DNA of 63,776 nucleotides, filler included, from Bigelowiella natans CCMP2755 (GCA_000320545.1; 9 parts of 9 records of this genome joined end to end with filler, not necessarily neighbours in it), one strand, 5' to 3'. Shown: positions 10,508 to 24,505, counted from the first letter of the whole stretch. The notes: generated by a model from the letters alone, not told the origin. Numbers and translations: made by a program.

Positions 10508-13094
10508 TTATTCAACCTTTGCAGGCGATTTCTCGGTCTCCATCCCATTCTTTGTCACCTCCATCTCAGCACCTGTACTACTTTCTTTTTCTGCTGTGGT
10601 GACTGGAACACTAACCTTCTTTTTCATTTTATTATACTTACCCACTAAGGACTTTCTAGTACGTCCGGGGAATTGATATTTTTCAAGAAGTTCCTTCCAG
10701 TTGACTTTCCCAGAAGGGCGAGTGAACTCTTTAGCTGCCTTCATGAGTGTTTCAAGCTCATCTTTGGTGTACACTTGAGACACTTTAGAAGACATCTTAA
10801 TATCTGCATTTATTTCTGAGGACTTCTTTGTTTTCTCTTTTCCCTTCTCCACTGTCTTATCTTTTTTCTTCTCCTTTGCCTTCTCTTTTTCCTTCTCCTT
10901 TGCCTTCTCTTTTTCCTTCTCCTTTGCCTTCTCTTTTTTCTTCTCCTTTGCCTTCTCTTTTCTCTTCTCCTTTGCCTTCTCTTTTTTCTTTTCCTTCCTC
11001 TCTTTCCTTTCTGAGTCTACATCTTTGATTGCACAATCAATAATTTTACAGTCAAGAAATTGTCCTTGAAATTGTGCGAGAAACTTGCCAGCATCTCCTT
11101 GCTCTTGAGGATTCAGATCAAATATCGGACCATATATTACGGCCGTCACCTTACTACTCGAACCGGCGCCTAACCCACCATCATACTCGGGATCATCTTC
11201 AGCAATAAGCCATCCATCCTCTTCAAGTCCATCCTGTCTAACTCCGTCCTTTTTCTCGGAGATCTCCTCTTCGTCTTGATCTTCGTCGTCGCTTCTGAGC
11301 TCTTCACCATCGTTCGGTTCAGCCTCCCATTCTGCTTCACTATCATTATCGTAATCCAATTCAGAACTTCTGCCGAATGGCCTCCTACCAGAAACTTGTT
11401 CGCACTTAACCAAAGGATGCTTTCCCCACCAGGGTGGACGAACGTCTTCGTGATATTGAAGCAATTTTGAGCGTGAGATCTTGTTATATTTCCGTTTGGC
11501 GGGCTTGAAGCTAAGTTTAACAGACGCTCCACCTTTTCTGATTTCTTTCTCCATTTCTTCCATGGTCAGTGTGGTTTTGTGTGGCAAGACAGGAGCCATG
11601 GTTGTATTCGGTGGAGTTTCCCATTTGTGGAATCTACCGACTGTCATTTGGACTTCTTCAACATCTTGTTTCTTTTTCTGAGTAATTTTGAAGAAACTCG
11701 CGAAGCTGGATGATTGCTTTCGTAGGGTTGCCTCAATCTTCTTCTGTTTCTCCATTTTTTTCCTTTCAACTTCATCTTTCTTGCGTTTGGCTTCCTCTTT
11801 TTTCCGACGCATATCTTCTTTTTTTTTCTGTGCTTCAAATTTCCTCTTCTCAGTTTCTGCCTTCTTCTGTGCGAGCTTGGCCTCTCTTTCCTTTTTCTGC
11901 TTCTCTCGCTGTTCTTTTTTGGCTTTCTTCGCAATCTGATTACTCGTGATACCTTCTCTCGATCTGCGCTTGAGACATTTACTAATATGCTCACGATTAA
12001 ACTTGACGATTTTCTCAGCAGCTATAGAGAGTTTAGAATCATCACGATTATCTTTCTTCATAAGAGCGAAAAACTTTCCGTAGGCATTGATTCTCTTCAA
12101 CTTGTGTCTTCGATCTTTTCTGTAATTTTTCAGCAAAACCCTTTGATCTTGCGGGAGAAATTCTAACGTGCTAGCTTCCCATCTCCATCTTGAATCACTT
12201 GACGCATCTTCATTCTGAACAACTTTGGACCTTTTTACACCCCAGCATTTTCTCTCACACACTACTACTATGGCTTCCGCGATCGTTAATAGAGAGAGGG
12301 GAGTTTCGACTTCTTCAGGGATAATTGCTTTGTAAATTTCTTTCGATAGTTTTGTCAAGGGTGTTGGTTTATCCTGGCACATCTTAGCCAAGAGAGAATA
12401 GTAGTTCTCTGGAAATTTATCTTCCGCAGAGCTTACAAGCTCCTTCTGGAAATCCTTTAATTGGCAGAGGGTTTCTGCATGGGAATCTAATTTCAACATC
12501 TTATCTTCGGAAGCTAAAAGCTCTTTATATTCCTTTAAAAAATTTTCGTTCCTTCTATCCCAGTTGCAAGTCAGCAGCTCCGATGTCTTTGACTCAGTTT
12601 TTAGAGAAGACGAGGCTGTCTCGCTTTCATCTATGATCATCTCAGAATTTTCGCTTTCCTTGTCCGATGTCTTAGCCACAGATTCAGGAGATGGTGGAGT
12701 TGCCTCACTATCCTCTTTTGATCTCAAAGCGTTTTCGGATTCTTCGTTTTCCTTATCTGATGCATTAGTCACAGACGCAGGCGAAGATGGAGCTTCACTC
12801 TCTGAGTTTCTTTCCGCGTCTTTAGAACTGCAATTGTATTCTTCGTCCGATGAATCCCCTTATAGTAGAACTTCTTAGGAAATTGCCAACATATATAAGA
12901 ATTGAAAAAGTACCTTTATTTTTTCCTTTTTCAGTTATTGCATCACTTGGAACCGCAGAACCCTAAGTGGAAAATCTTTAAAAGTGTTCAATACCCCGTA
13001 AAAAGTAACCAACCTCATTTTCTTGTCTCAACGAATCCCTCGTATCCTCGGGCCTTCCACCGGCAGAGGGTTTTTCAGAAGTATGATCTTCCAT
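10508..13094 (-). CDS. CHAF1A: Chromatin assembly factor 1 large subunit (p150/CHAF1A/FAS1/Cac1) with a C-terminal Myb/SANT-like domain
   Basis: KER coiled coil, a PIP-like QSSSFASFF, and the CAF1A signature KLLQYHEDVRPPWWG...SGRRPF...LDYDNDSEAEWE..DGEEL. Likely ATG at 13094 (MEDHTSEK...), two short 5' exons, then a ~2.35-kb exon. Confidence 0.92.
10862..10990 (-). repeat. Coding 24-bp tandem repeat (KEKAKEKx, about 5-6 units)
   Basis: ctcctttgccttct recurs at 10871, 10895, 10919, 10943 and 10967. Confidence 0.9.
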
Positions 13095-13974
13095 GGTCTT
13101 CCGCCACTCGGCTTCCAGCTCTGGGGGATGGGGTGAGTGATGTTTTCGTCAGGTCACAACACTTGTCGCTTTTAAATCGTGATATTAAGGGTTGTGCAAG
13201 TAGCCGCGCGACCCATATTTTTCGAGGGTCTGGGGAAAATAATGATTTTATGACACAAAATGTAGGATATTTTGGTTTTATTTCACTCAGAGAAATCACA
13301 ACAAATTGCAAGTAGCATCTGAATTGCGGGAAATTTTTTGAGGGAAAGTGTATGTTTAGAGGGGAGGTGCGCAAATACGAAATGGAAATTCAATTGTCTT
13401 AGGAGATAAATAGCCTACATCTGAGTAAATACTCTGAGTGCCACCACACGAAAGGCAGTAGCTGACAATGGCGGTTTTACGAATAATTATTTTTTGGAGG
13501 TACATTGGGCCTAAACTAAAAATCGGCCGAACAAAAAGGAGCGCAAGGAAAGCGGAACGCTTCATGCGACTCTAGAAGCAAGGAACCTATTTTTTCTTCT
13601 CGTTAGGTGCAAGACTGATCTTGATCTTCATCCCATGAAAAAAATTTCGGGATAAATCATACCTAAAACTTCTTAATAACCGATCACATCCTTTGAGATT
13701 GGATCTCTCATCGTTTTGTTACAGCTTCTATTACTTTTTACTTGTTTCCTTCATCTTAAGATGTTGTCCCGATGGAAAAGAGAACGCAGTTCGCTTCCCC
13801 AGCCGTCTACGTGTCACAGACAAAGACCCGCTCAAATCCACAAAAGCACATAAGATATAATACCTGCGACAATGATATATCCATGTCACAGAAATTAAAT
13901 CCTCTGTATTTCCAGTACCGTTAAAAGTGTTCAAAATTGTCGAAACTGGAAGACGCTCTTAAGCATACTCCAAA

Positions 13975-14880
13975 ATGGCTATGGTTGCCCCCGTGCATCG
14001 CTCTCTGAGGCGGAGGGGCGCATGCTCCGTTCTCGCCCCGGCGCTACTCTTCGTTGCGTTGACTGTTTCCGTTCTTGTCGTGTCGATGCAGTATAACCCT
14101 CTTGAAAAGGCCATAATTTCTCCGAGGGCCTCGGGTATATGTGACGTCGACTCATTTTGGATCGATTTGTGCAGCGTTCTTTAGGGTATATCGCATAATA
14201 TATACCTTTGCCTCACACAGGATCCTATCCAGTATCTATGGGAATCGTTCAGAACACTCGGTGATAGATACCAGCAAACCCATAAATGCCCAACTCGAGT
14301 GAAAAAATCGAACGTGTTTGAGCATTGTATCACCTAATGAAAGGTTCACCAGGAGCATTTCACGGCCTTCATCGAAGATTCCAAAGAGATCTGTGTCTGC
14401 AAACATCCACATTCAGTCAGGCGGCATCTTACTGCCCGTCATAAGGGCCCTTTACGAAGAAAGAGCTCGAAAATGTGTGTCAGAAGAATAGCGTTAAGAT
14501 ATAACCGGCGGAAGTTAGTCGTGGGTGTGAAGGGATTCGTCAAATTGACCCCTCGGCGTAGTTATCTGTTATCTTTCTTTTTTCCTCATACCATATTTCC
14601 ATCCGAAAATCCTCCCGCACTGCTCCAATTGTACCTTCTTGTTCGATAGCGTTTTTTTTTCAAATTGATAACCAAAATGCCTCTCCCATTGTTTGGTACT
14701 ACGTTCCAGCCGAAGAGGAGTACTGGGAAGAACGAAAGTAGACAAATTTGGATTATGACCTATTTCTTAATGAGAACACATGAAAAAAAAAAAAAAAGAG
14801 GCAGAGATTTCACGAAGCTTTTGAACACGAAATCAACCAATTGATCCATTTTGTCCGAAGTCTCTACGCCAGAGACGGTG
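13975..14880 (+). CDS. 5' exons encoding a basic N-region plus hydrophobic signal (bipartite-type leader); probably the N-terminus of the downstream SDR gene
   Basis: MAMVAPVHRSLRRRGACSVLAPALLFVALTVSVLVVSMQY... Later candidate exons include QRFHEAFEHEINQLIHFVRSLYARD (~14800-14878). Linkage to the exon at 15020 is not proven. Confidence 0.5.
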
Positions 14881-15019
14881 TCACATTTTGTCGGCACATC
14901 GGGGACGCTTTAGTATTTGTACGTCGTCGTCGTAGTTGTAGTAGTAGTAGTAGTATTGCTGAGATTCGGTATTGAATTTTGCAACACAAGTGGTCACCTA
15001 CACATTGCTCTCTCTGCAG

Positions 15020-17431
15020 AAAGATGATTATGGATCCTGACGGGAAAACAATTGTGGTGACTGGGGCAGGAGGTTAAAGAAGACACAATATCGCATATGA
15101 TGACGATCATGATGCCAACGATAATAATTGATCGCAGTGTTATTTTCGATGATGATTATGATTGTTGACATATGGATAACAACGACGATGACGATGATGA
15201 TGATGATGATGATGATGATGATCGGTATTTTAGGTCGGACGGGCCGTCTTCTCATACAGCAACTGCAAGGAATGAAAAAGGGGGTGAGAGAGGCTAGGGG
15301 AGTCGTACATTCGTTCAAGAGCGAGCGAAGACTCATCGACAACTAGTATGCAAACACGATATTTCTAAACAACACGGTGTTGGAGCGTCGCGAAAAGTGT
15401 GATGACGAGGGAGACATCGCCGATGCAGCTTTCTTCTGCGGAAAGTCTCTGGAGCTGCTGGATTTTTCCCATCAGAACGCTTATTTATGCCCTTCTAATG
15501 GCCTCTGTTAGTCATGGCCGCTGCTATCACACAGCAGCGGCCATGCGTTCAGAACTCGAGTTTATGAAACTCTTTACATCCAGTTTCAGCCTTTCCCCTT
15601 CCCCCCCCCTCTATAATTCGGGCATGCCTTGGCCCTGCCATCGTAGCACTTCGAGCTTATACCCCTTCTCTTCAAACCCACTCCCCCCCCCCCCCACCCC
15701 CTCTACAACAGCGATGTCAATAACACCTTCGTCGCGGATATCTACGCCAATCCGGAGGTAGAAAGCTCCATGCCCTAATTCGAGCTACACGTCCTCACTC
15801 GCCACCCCAACCCCCCCCTTTCCACCAGAATCTGGAGGAGGCTTTCGGGAACATTAGCACCCTGGTAGCATTGACATGGGCATGATTGTTGTGTAAGACG
15901 AATGAATGCTTATAGATCTCTGACCGAAGATCCATGCTACTGCTGCTGCTGCTGGTGGTGGTGGTGGTGGTGGTGGTGGTGATACCCAGGTCATCTTAAC
16001 CAGCGCAATGCCGAAAATCAAGACGCGCAGCCTCCTTCGCCTCATGTTCTCACGGATTTTCAGGAGGAAAGCATCGTCCAGGTATGGTTCAGGCGCATGA
16101 TGATGCGTGCGACATTCTTCTTCTTCTTCTTCTTCTTCTTCTTCTTCTTCTTCTTGTCACGTAGCGTATCGTCGGTAGTAGCAGTAGTAGTAGTAGTCGT
16201 CTTTCTCTTCGGCACTTTATCAGTTTTGATAGCATTGCAAACTATATTGGGAGGGGGGGGGGGGGGATCCATCTCCCGCGATGATGCGGTGGGAGACTGG
16301 GTGATGTTTTTCAGCAGCCTCTATCACCATTTCTTATAGTCATTCTTCTTCTTCTTCTTCTCCCTCCCACTTTGTCTATGATTCCCGCTGCGTTGGCCTC
16401 TTCCACGGATAACCCCCCCTCCTCTCCTTCCTCCTCCTCCCCTTCTCCTCTCTTCATCTCAAAGGCCACAATTCCGTTACAAGCAAACGCCGGAGCAGGT
16501 AAAGGAGGAGAGGAAAGGAGAGCTGGGCTCCTCTGTTGGCTGCGTGCGTGTTAGTTCTATTATCGTTGATGTTATTCATCATGCCTCTTGCGTTGTTGTT
16601 TCTATTGTTGTTGTCGTCGTCGCTTTACAGGTGGATTGGATCGGGCAGAAGAATCAGGTGTGTGGCGAGGAGAAGAATAACGACGATGACGACGATGATG
16701 ATGTTGATGATGATGGTGACGTCTATGATATCAATAGTCCATGACATCTGTAATGATAATGTCCGTGCACGCTGTCGTATTCCACCGATGCAACCGCCTC
16801 ATCCCTTCTGCTTCGGCCCGCCTTCCTTTCTTAGATTGATATGGCAAAGAGTGCTGGCGTGGAACACGTTGTCCTCGTGTCTTCTATGGGTGCTTGCTAT
16901 TTACCATCATTGTTGCGACGCATTATTATTATTACTACTACTACTATTATTATTATTATTAACACGAACTATTACAACAGCAGCAGCAGCAGCAGCAATT
17001 AGAGCTCCTATAATGACCATGTGTTATTCGAAGCAGGCGATTTGATATAGCGAATATGGCGATAACGACAATAACAACAACAACAACTACTACTACTACT
17101 ACTACGTCGAGAAGCAATCTTTATCAGCATTACTAACGCCTCCTCCTTCTCCTCCTCCTCCTCCTCCTCCCCCTCCCCCTCCCCCTCCGTCTCGGGCCGT
17201 GGTCATTTGCCATTGTTATTGTCGTTGTTGTTGTTGTTGTTGTTGTTGTTATCACCACCACCACCACCACTACCATCATCATCATCACCACCCCTCAAGG
17301 CGGGACCGATCCTTCCAATATGCTTAACAAAATCGGCGACGGAAACATTCTTCTCTGGAAGCGGCTGGCAGAACGCTACCTCATCGCCTCAGGCCTCAAC
17401 TACACCATCATCCATCCCGGGGGCCTCACCG
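15020..17431 (+). CDS. Atypical SDR / NAD(P)-binding Rossmann-fold protein (Arabidopsis At5g02240/At2g37660-like), 3' truncated
   Basis: Spliced motifs: TIVVTGAG|GRTGRLL, VILTSAMPKIK, VDWIGQKNQ|IDMAKSAGVEHVVLVSSM|GGTDPSNMLNKIGDGNILLWKRLAERYLIASGLNYTIIHPGGLT. Confidence 0.88.
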
Positions 17432-17528
17432 GTAGATTGAAGAAGAGAGGGCAGAGGAAAAGGAGGGGAGGGGAGGGAGCGGGGGAGGGGAGGAATCATT
17501 TGAGTGTATTTGACGACTCTACTCTCTC

Positions 17529-17572
<44 letters not shown>

Positions 17573-17940
17573 CTGTCACGCAACATAATTCCCATTCGTG
17601 ATGGCCCAAAGCGTCCAATATTGTTCGCTATTGCGGGATCATGTTTGATAACTACAGTTATCATCATGATGGCCACACTTAAAACTGATGCGGTAGTAGA
17701 TATAGCAGCCCCTAAGTATAAAGTTAGAAGGTGAAATACGTTGGCTTTGTCATCATAGTTCTCATAAACCATCGCTAGGTTCATTCCCTGGTGGACGATT
17801 CCACTCCTCTCCCCCCTCCTTGCAAAGACTGTTCCGATCCNNNNNNNNNNNNNNNNNNNNNNNNNNNNNNNNNNNNNNNNNNNNTTAATTAATTAANNNN
17901 NNNNNNNNNNNNNNNNNNNNNNNNNNNNNNNNNNNNNNNN

Positions 17941-20108
17941 CCCCCCCCCCCCCCCCTTCTCCCTCCATACACGCACATCCACACACCACACAGTATGGTA
18001 AGGAAGCCAATGCCTAACCCCCGTACCTGCCGCGAATATCCATCCGCATCAATCCACTGCGCCACGGGCTCGGTGACATTCAAGTCGAGGTACTCACACG
18101 TAGCAGCAGAAGCAGCAGCCGCCGCCGAGGCCCCCGCAGCTTCAAAGAGCGCCGAGCCGCACGCGAATCGCGCGGCGCCGCGGCGGGAGACCACCCTGGA
18201 CACCGCGCCGAAGTCGCCCTGGAACCGCACCAGCGCGCTGTCCCCAGTCGCACCTTCGCCGAAGAAGCGCGTCAGGTCGCAATCCTCGCCGTCGCTCGCG
18301 CAGAAGTCCCAGCGGCCGCCCTGCCATGTGTAGCACGCCGCTTGGCTGGCGGGGGTGTCGAAAAGGCCGAAACCCGTGACTGGGCTGGCATCGCACGTGA
18401 AACTGCCAGACACGACTTTGTACAGGACCAAATCGCCGCTGCTAACATGCCCCCCGCCGCCGGCGCGGCCTCCTCGCGGCATTGCCGCTTTCCCGGTGTA
18501 CCGGACAATCTTGGTCCCGGAGAGAGGGAGAGGGCAGGGCGCGCCGGACTCGGAGTGCCTGCACGCGTTCTTCCAGTGGCCCCGGTCCTTTCTCTCACCC
18601 CCCCCCCGCCCCCAGATGTGCATCGGGAAGACCCACACGGGGTCCCACACCTGCATGTCAAGCTCCTGGACGTACACCGTGGTAGCAGCAGCAGCAGCCG
18701 GAGACGATGTTGATCCGGCTGAGGACGAAGCGCGGCGAGCTGCCGCAGCTCCTCCCCTGGGCATGAAGGCTGAAGGCTCGCAGAGGAAAGATGAGGACGG
18801 CTGCTCAGCCGTCATAAGGCGGTATAACCCGTGCGAGTCAGGCGAGTAAGCAAATCGTACCAGTCGCCGGCGCCCAGCCTCGTCGCCCCCCTCTCGCCGA
18901 TGAAGGCCAGCCTGCTTCTTCGATCTCCCACCGCTGGCCGCCGGGGCCCTTGGGGGAGAGATGGCGGAAGGGGTGCAAACCTCCCCTTCCCTTGCGCACG
19001 AGTGCCACGATGCGTCCTCCCCGAGCAGATAGCATTTGCGAGGGGGAGGAGGAGAAGGAGCGCTTTGGGCCTCGGAACCAAGTTTCGCGGGAAGGATCAG
19101 CTGCGCCAGCCGGCTCGCAGTGTCAGCGGCACTGGGAAAGGTGTCCTCCTCCCGGAGAGCTAAATCCCGAAGCACAGCGCCGAGACCCCTCGCATCACGA
19201 GCGGCACTTTGAGTCCAATACACAAAGTCTCCCTCGTAGCCGTAGCGCATTAGCCTTGCGCCTTATTGATGAATAAGTCGAAGAGAGAGGAGAAGAAGGG
19301 CAGGGGGGAGGGGGGGTGAGCGAGGTGTTGAAATTAGGAAAAGATAACAAGCATAGCAGCGGTTTCAGGGCGGTGGGGGTACATGAATAGAGGCGAAGGG
19401 TTGGGGGGGGGGAGGGAAACTAGCGATAAATTGATTTACAGCCGCCTTCATGCAAACGCGCCCCACTGCATAGACTACCACCTTCTCCGCGGCCGGTCCA
19501 ATCATAGTCAATCCACCGATCATAGCACTCCACCTTGCCTGGGTACGTGCGGCAGAACTCGTCAAAGTCGTTGCGCTCGACGCTGGTGTTGAATCTGATG
19601 CGAACGCGCAAATCGGCCGTCGCCGCCTTCGCCACGCCTGCCGAATAAAACACACCGAGGGGAGGGGGGAGGGGGGTTAAGAAATATACACACTGACAAC
19701 GGTGGGCATATGCTAAGGCGAAGGCTTGTCCTGCAAGCATTCTCACGAACACTGACCCTTGCTGACGTTGTGCTGATGCTGCTTGACTTTCTCGTAGCTT
19801 AGAGCAGAGAGGCCAAGGGCCAGAGTGCCTAAAACCGCTACGCCTAAAATCCCGGCTGCAAGCCAGCCCCTTCTGATAGAATCATGGGAATTTTTAAAAT
19901 ATAGCCGAAACACATCCCACCCCCCCCTCGCTGGACAACATTTGCCTTTTATTGCCCGGTTTAATCGGCCCCACCCCCTCACATTCCCTTCATATTGTGT
20001 CTCCACTACATTTTAATTGAAAAAAAATACGAAAGACCTTCTCTTGCTGGAACGCTGCCTGTCGGCAGGCGAGCAGGGAGGGGGGGGGAGGGTCCCATAG
20101 GCCGCCAT
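17941..20108 (-). CDS. Hypothetical membrane-anchored protein with three Cys-rich W-x-x-C-A-x-[ED]-G-x-x-C type repeats (3' truncated)
   Basis: Candidate ATG at 20108. TM segment WLAAGILGVAVLGTLALGLSAL at ~19870-19800. The long exon ~19255-18025 has WHSCAREGEVC..VRF, WKNAC..SGAPC..IVRY..FTC..FG and WDFCASDGEDC..VRF..FAC..LF. Confidence 0.65.
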
Positions 20109-21136
20109 GCTTTTCTAATTCAAACTATTTCCTAGCTGCAGATTGCACGTAAATAAAACAAATTAACTCAAAAAAGTATTTAAAATTGCTAAAAATATTG
20201 TCGTATACATAAAATCAAATGAAAAAGGATACTAATAAATTAAGTAAGAATCTTAGAATATACCCCGCAAGTGTGATCCTATAAGATATATCTTTTGTGA
20301 GAAGTTTTTGGAAATCGCATTAGTATTCCTCTAACGATACAAATTCATGGATAAAACGATGGGCATTTATAATTTTAAAACCGAAAATCGGGATTCGGTT
20401 GAATCTATCGGATCTATTCACGATCTTATCTCCATATCAACCGCTCGAAGTAGACCTCAGGAAATTTAGCATGTTTTCGGTGTATGTTTCGTGCGAAAAT
20501 TAGAGACGGTTCGAAGCCATTTTTAACCTGACTATCCGCCCCTCGGAATATTAAACATTGATAAATCATCGTAAAATTTCTGTCTAATTCCCCATCGCAA
20601 GTCTCGACATCAGTGACCTACTTCTCATAGATGTTTGCTCGAGGAATTTTATACCGGCAAAGCATTAATAAAACTGTTTTTTTAGCGTTGTCGCACTTTT
20701 GAAATGCCAAAGGGCTTCCGACTTTGTTGTAGACCGTGGCTTTCTCGTCTGACATCAGCAACTTGTAAGACATTGTAGATGATTCGAGTAAAATCGAATT
20801 ATAAAATAGAGTGAATTGTAGATAAAATACGAAAAAAAATGTAAATTTACATTGAAAATAGACGGCACTATAATTTTTGGAATTACTTTTTCAAATCTGA
20901 AATTCGATCACAATCCGACGATTTCGGGTAGGTTATGTTAGGCCTTCTGTTCGCGGTTCCTGTAGCCCCCTCCCCCCCCCTCCTCCTCACCCTGGTTTTG
21001 TAGATGGAAAGATATAGAAAAGGGTGATTCCAACAGAAACCATTCGAATTTTGGATCGATTAGAAAGCGGAAGTTAGCTACTGCGTCGTTTTCACACATA
21101 CTCTCTCCCACACACTAAGGACTAGCAGCCAGAAGC

Positions 21137-21917
21137 ATGCGGAGCCTATCCCCCCTCCTCCTAGCCTCCTTGCTCAGCATCCTAGAATGCGCCAGAGCTG
21201 ATTTCTACACGAAGAGCTCCGGGGTCATCAATCTTGACGCAGGTTTACATGCCCCGCATACACCTACCTGAACTTGCCTTCGAAGCGACGGGGAAGGACT
21301 CTCTCTTAGCGCACACGACAGATTCTACTCTCTCAATACATTCATCCTTCAATACATATGTGTTAATCATATCAAATCCTTCCCCACCCCCCCCCTTTTC
21401 CCCTTTTTTCTTCCATGTTACAGGCAATTTTGACGACGTGATTAACTCATCTCCAGCCGTTCTCGTGGAGTTTTATGCGCCATGGTGCGGCGCACACGTG
21501 AATGCGTGTTTTTGACGACTGCTGCTGCTGCTGCCGCTGCTGCTCCTACACACCTTGATCTAGTTGCCAAAACGCTGATTCCCCGGTCTTGCAGGTGCGG
21601 GCATTGCAAGCAGCTTAAGCCGGCGTGGATACAGGTTGAGTGCGAGACGAGAGGCTCAGCGTGTTTCATACTAACAAGTCGAAGCTCACACGGAGGGATC
21701 TTGCTGTTTCCCCGAGCATTTTCGCAGCAATTGATCAAGCGTGTCACCAATCTCATCTCTTTCCCCTCCCCCCCCCCCCCTCTCTCCATTTGACCCTGCT
21801 CTGCCTCACTGACAGGCAGCAAAGAAGCTCAAGGGAATCGTTAAAGTCGCGGCTATCGATGCAAGCGATGGTAAGTAGCACGTAGAAGAAACGCGTGTGC
21901 AGCAGCGCGCACATGTA

Positions 21918-21961
<44 letters not shown>

Positions 21962-22520
21962 TTATCTAAATATTATATATAATTTGACAGACAAAAATCG
22001 TCCAATCGCTGGCCGATATGGAATTCAAGGATTTCCAACGATTAAGGTGGTAGATGGTGGATAATATATATATGCATCACATACACATATGAGCTTGCCG
22101 CACCTAACACATTCCTCCTCGCTTTAACCAGATCTTCAAGAACGGAGCGCCTACCGATTATAACGGTCAGCATTTGCATCAGCCATAATAAGGCATAGAA
22201 ACACCCTCTCTCCCTCAAAGCTTTCACATAACGATCGAGTGACTCTGTGCACAATACCCACAAATACACACACAGAGACGCATACACAAACACACACACA
22301 CACACACACACACGTCATCATCTTCCAACACCATCATCATCATTCAAACTATAAACGCTGAAACATCAAAACACTGAATGAACAGGAGGGCGAGATGCGC
22401 AGTCTATCATCAACGCAGGTTGTGGGAGGGGGGAAGGAGCGAGCAGATAGTGTAAAAATGGAAAAATCCTCTGTTTCGCTGTAGATAGAACACCGACTAG
22501 CTTGCAGTTTATTCAATGAG

Positions 22521-22551
<31 letters not shown>

Positions 22552-22699
22552 CATGTAATATATATTAGTTTTTTGTAAAATATGAATACTGCTGCTGCAG
22601 GCCACAGTTCGATCACGTCTTTTTCTACAAGACTCAATGCGAAGAAGGAAACGGTTCTGGCGCATGCACGACACACGAACACGCATATTCACATTACCC

Positions 22700-22740
<41 letters not shown>

Positions 22741-22838
22741 GTTCTGCCGCATGATAGAGTATATAAATACAAAATGTTTCAATCCTCCCCATTGAAAAAG
22801 AGGCCGCCCTCTAAATGACGAAGTGCGATGCTCGCACA

Positions 22839-22874
<36 letters not shown>

Positions 22875-23272
22875 TATATTGATATATTACTAAGGCGTTC
22901 GCAAGCAAGAAGTCTCCAAAGGCCATATTATTCACCAAAAGGTGACATTCCTGTATGTTTTGGCAATATAGCACGCAACACACGCTACCGCAAGCGCGTT
23001 TGGCATTACACCGCGAGACGAAGAACGATAGAGGAAATGGATCTCGCGGTGTTTGTTTATCCGTGAAGAACTGTATGCTCTCTTCTCGTATCTTAGATAT
23101 TTGTACATTTGCACTTCTCCCCCCCATCCCCCCCCCCCTCCTTAAACGCCAAGCTGATTTTAGTTCTATATATATTATTGGGAATTCTTCGTTTTCCTCG
23201 TATAGCGGCAGCACACCTATGTTTTGGAAAGCGTTATCGATGACTTTTAAAGATGCTATGGATTTTGGAGAG
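21137..23272 (+). CDS. Protein disulfide isomerase family protein (PDIA6/P5/MPD1-like), 3' truncated
   Basis: Signal peptide MRSLSPLLLASLLSILECARA, then spliced VLVEFYAPW|CGHCKQLKPAW..AAKKLKGIVKVAAIDA..RYGIQGFPTIK|IF..DYN|GGRDA, then the b-type segment PKAILFTK|SGSTPMFWKALSMTFKDAMDFGE. Confidence 0.92.
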
Positions 23273-23859
23273 GTGGGAAGAAAGACGCCGAGAAGAATGG
23301 AGGGGGCGAGGGAGGGATGGGGGGGGGGGGGGAGGGGAAAGGAGAAAATGGAGTGGCTTTTGTCTGTGTTTGAGGTTTTTTGGAATCTTTAGCGCCCCTC
23401 TGGGTGATAAATCGTAACATAAATACTATTATTTACATCTNNNNNNNNNNNNNNNNNNNNNNNNNNNNNNNNNNNNNNNNNNNNTTAATTAATTAANNNN
23501 NNNNNNNNNNNNNNNNNNNNNNNNNNNNNNNNNNNNNNNNTTAAACAAATTTTTTTTTTTTTTTTTTTTCACAAATACATAGTTGGATTTTTTGTAGTTT
23601 TCTTTACATTATTCTCCCCCCCCCCCCCCCCCCGGAAAATCCACAAATTGCTGATGGCATCTTTTTTTTTTTCCGGCCGGGGGTTGACTCATCCAAAATA
23701 TGGGTGGTCGCTCTAAACTTCCTAATCGCAACCTATTACAGCGACAGGGGGGGGGGGGGGGAGAGGTAAAATAGCAGAACGATATAAGAAACATATGAAA
23801 CAATGTTTGATCCCGGGACAACGAGTGCTGCAGCTAGTAAATCGGCAAATACATTCTCA

Positions 23860-24462
23860 AGGAATTAACACGTGACAGTAGCTTGCGCTCTCTATCCATA
23901 CATTGGTTTTGTGCGGATCTTGCTCGAGCATATTCGTAGGGAATTCGCCTTCATCTTACATAAGACCACACAGCAGCAGCAAACAATTGTTGCGAAAGGA
24001 AACGAGGCTATATTATGCTAGAGGCAAAACCAAAAAGTGGAGGGGGAGGGGGGGAGGGTGGCTTCATATACAAAGAATAATACGCTACTGCGTCCTATTC
24101 CTATACTAATTATTTATCTTTCAGAGAAATATACTGCAGAGTGCGCCAATTTCTGATGGTGTATTCTTGGAATACATGATGAACAACAAAGAGACACCTT
24201 CAAATTCTTTCCAGCCTAGATCCTGTGTTAGGCACAGTAAGCAAAACAACGATAAGGCTGCATGAGAAGAATATGATATGGCTATGATGATGATGTCCTT
24301 TGTGGTGGATGCGATACCTCTTTGTCCCAGTCGCTGATGTTCTTAGTACAAAGAGCAAGCTGACTTCCAAATTCTGCTGCCTGTAATCGACGATGTAATG
24401 TAATGGACGATGTTTATTTTTTAATATGATAGAGTGAATAAATATATCAATTTCATTTATGA

Positions 24463-24505
<43 letters not shown>

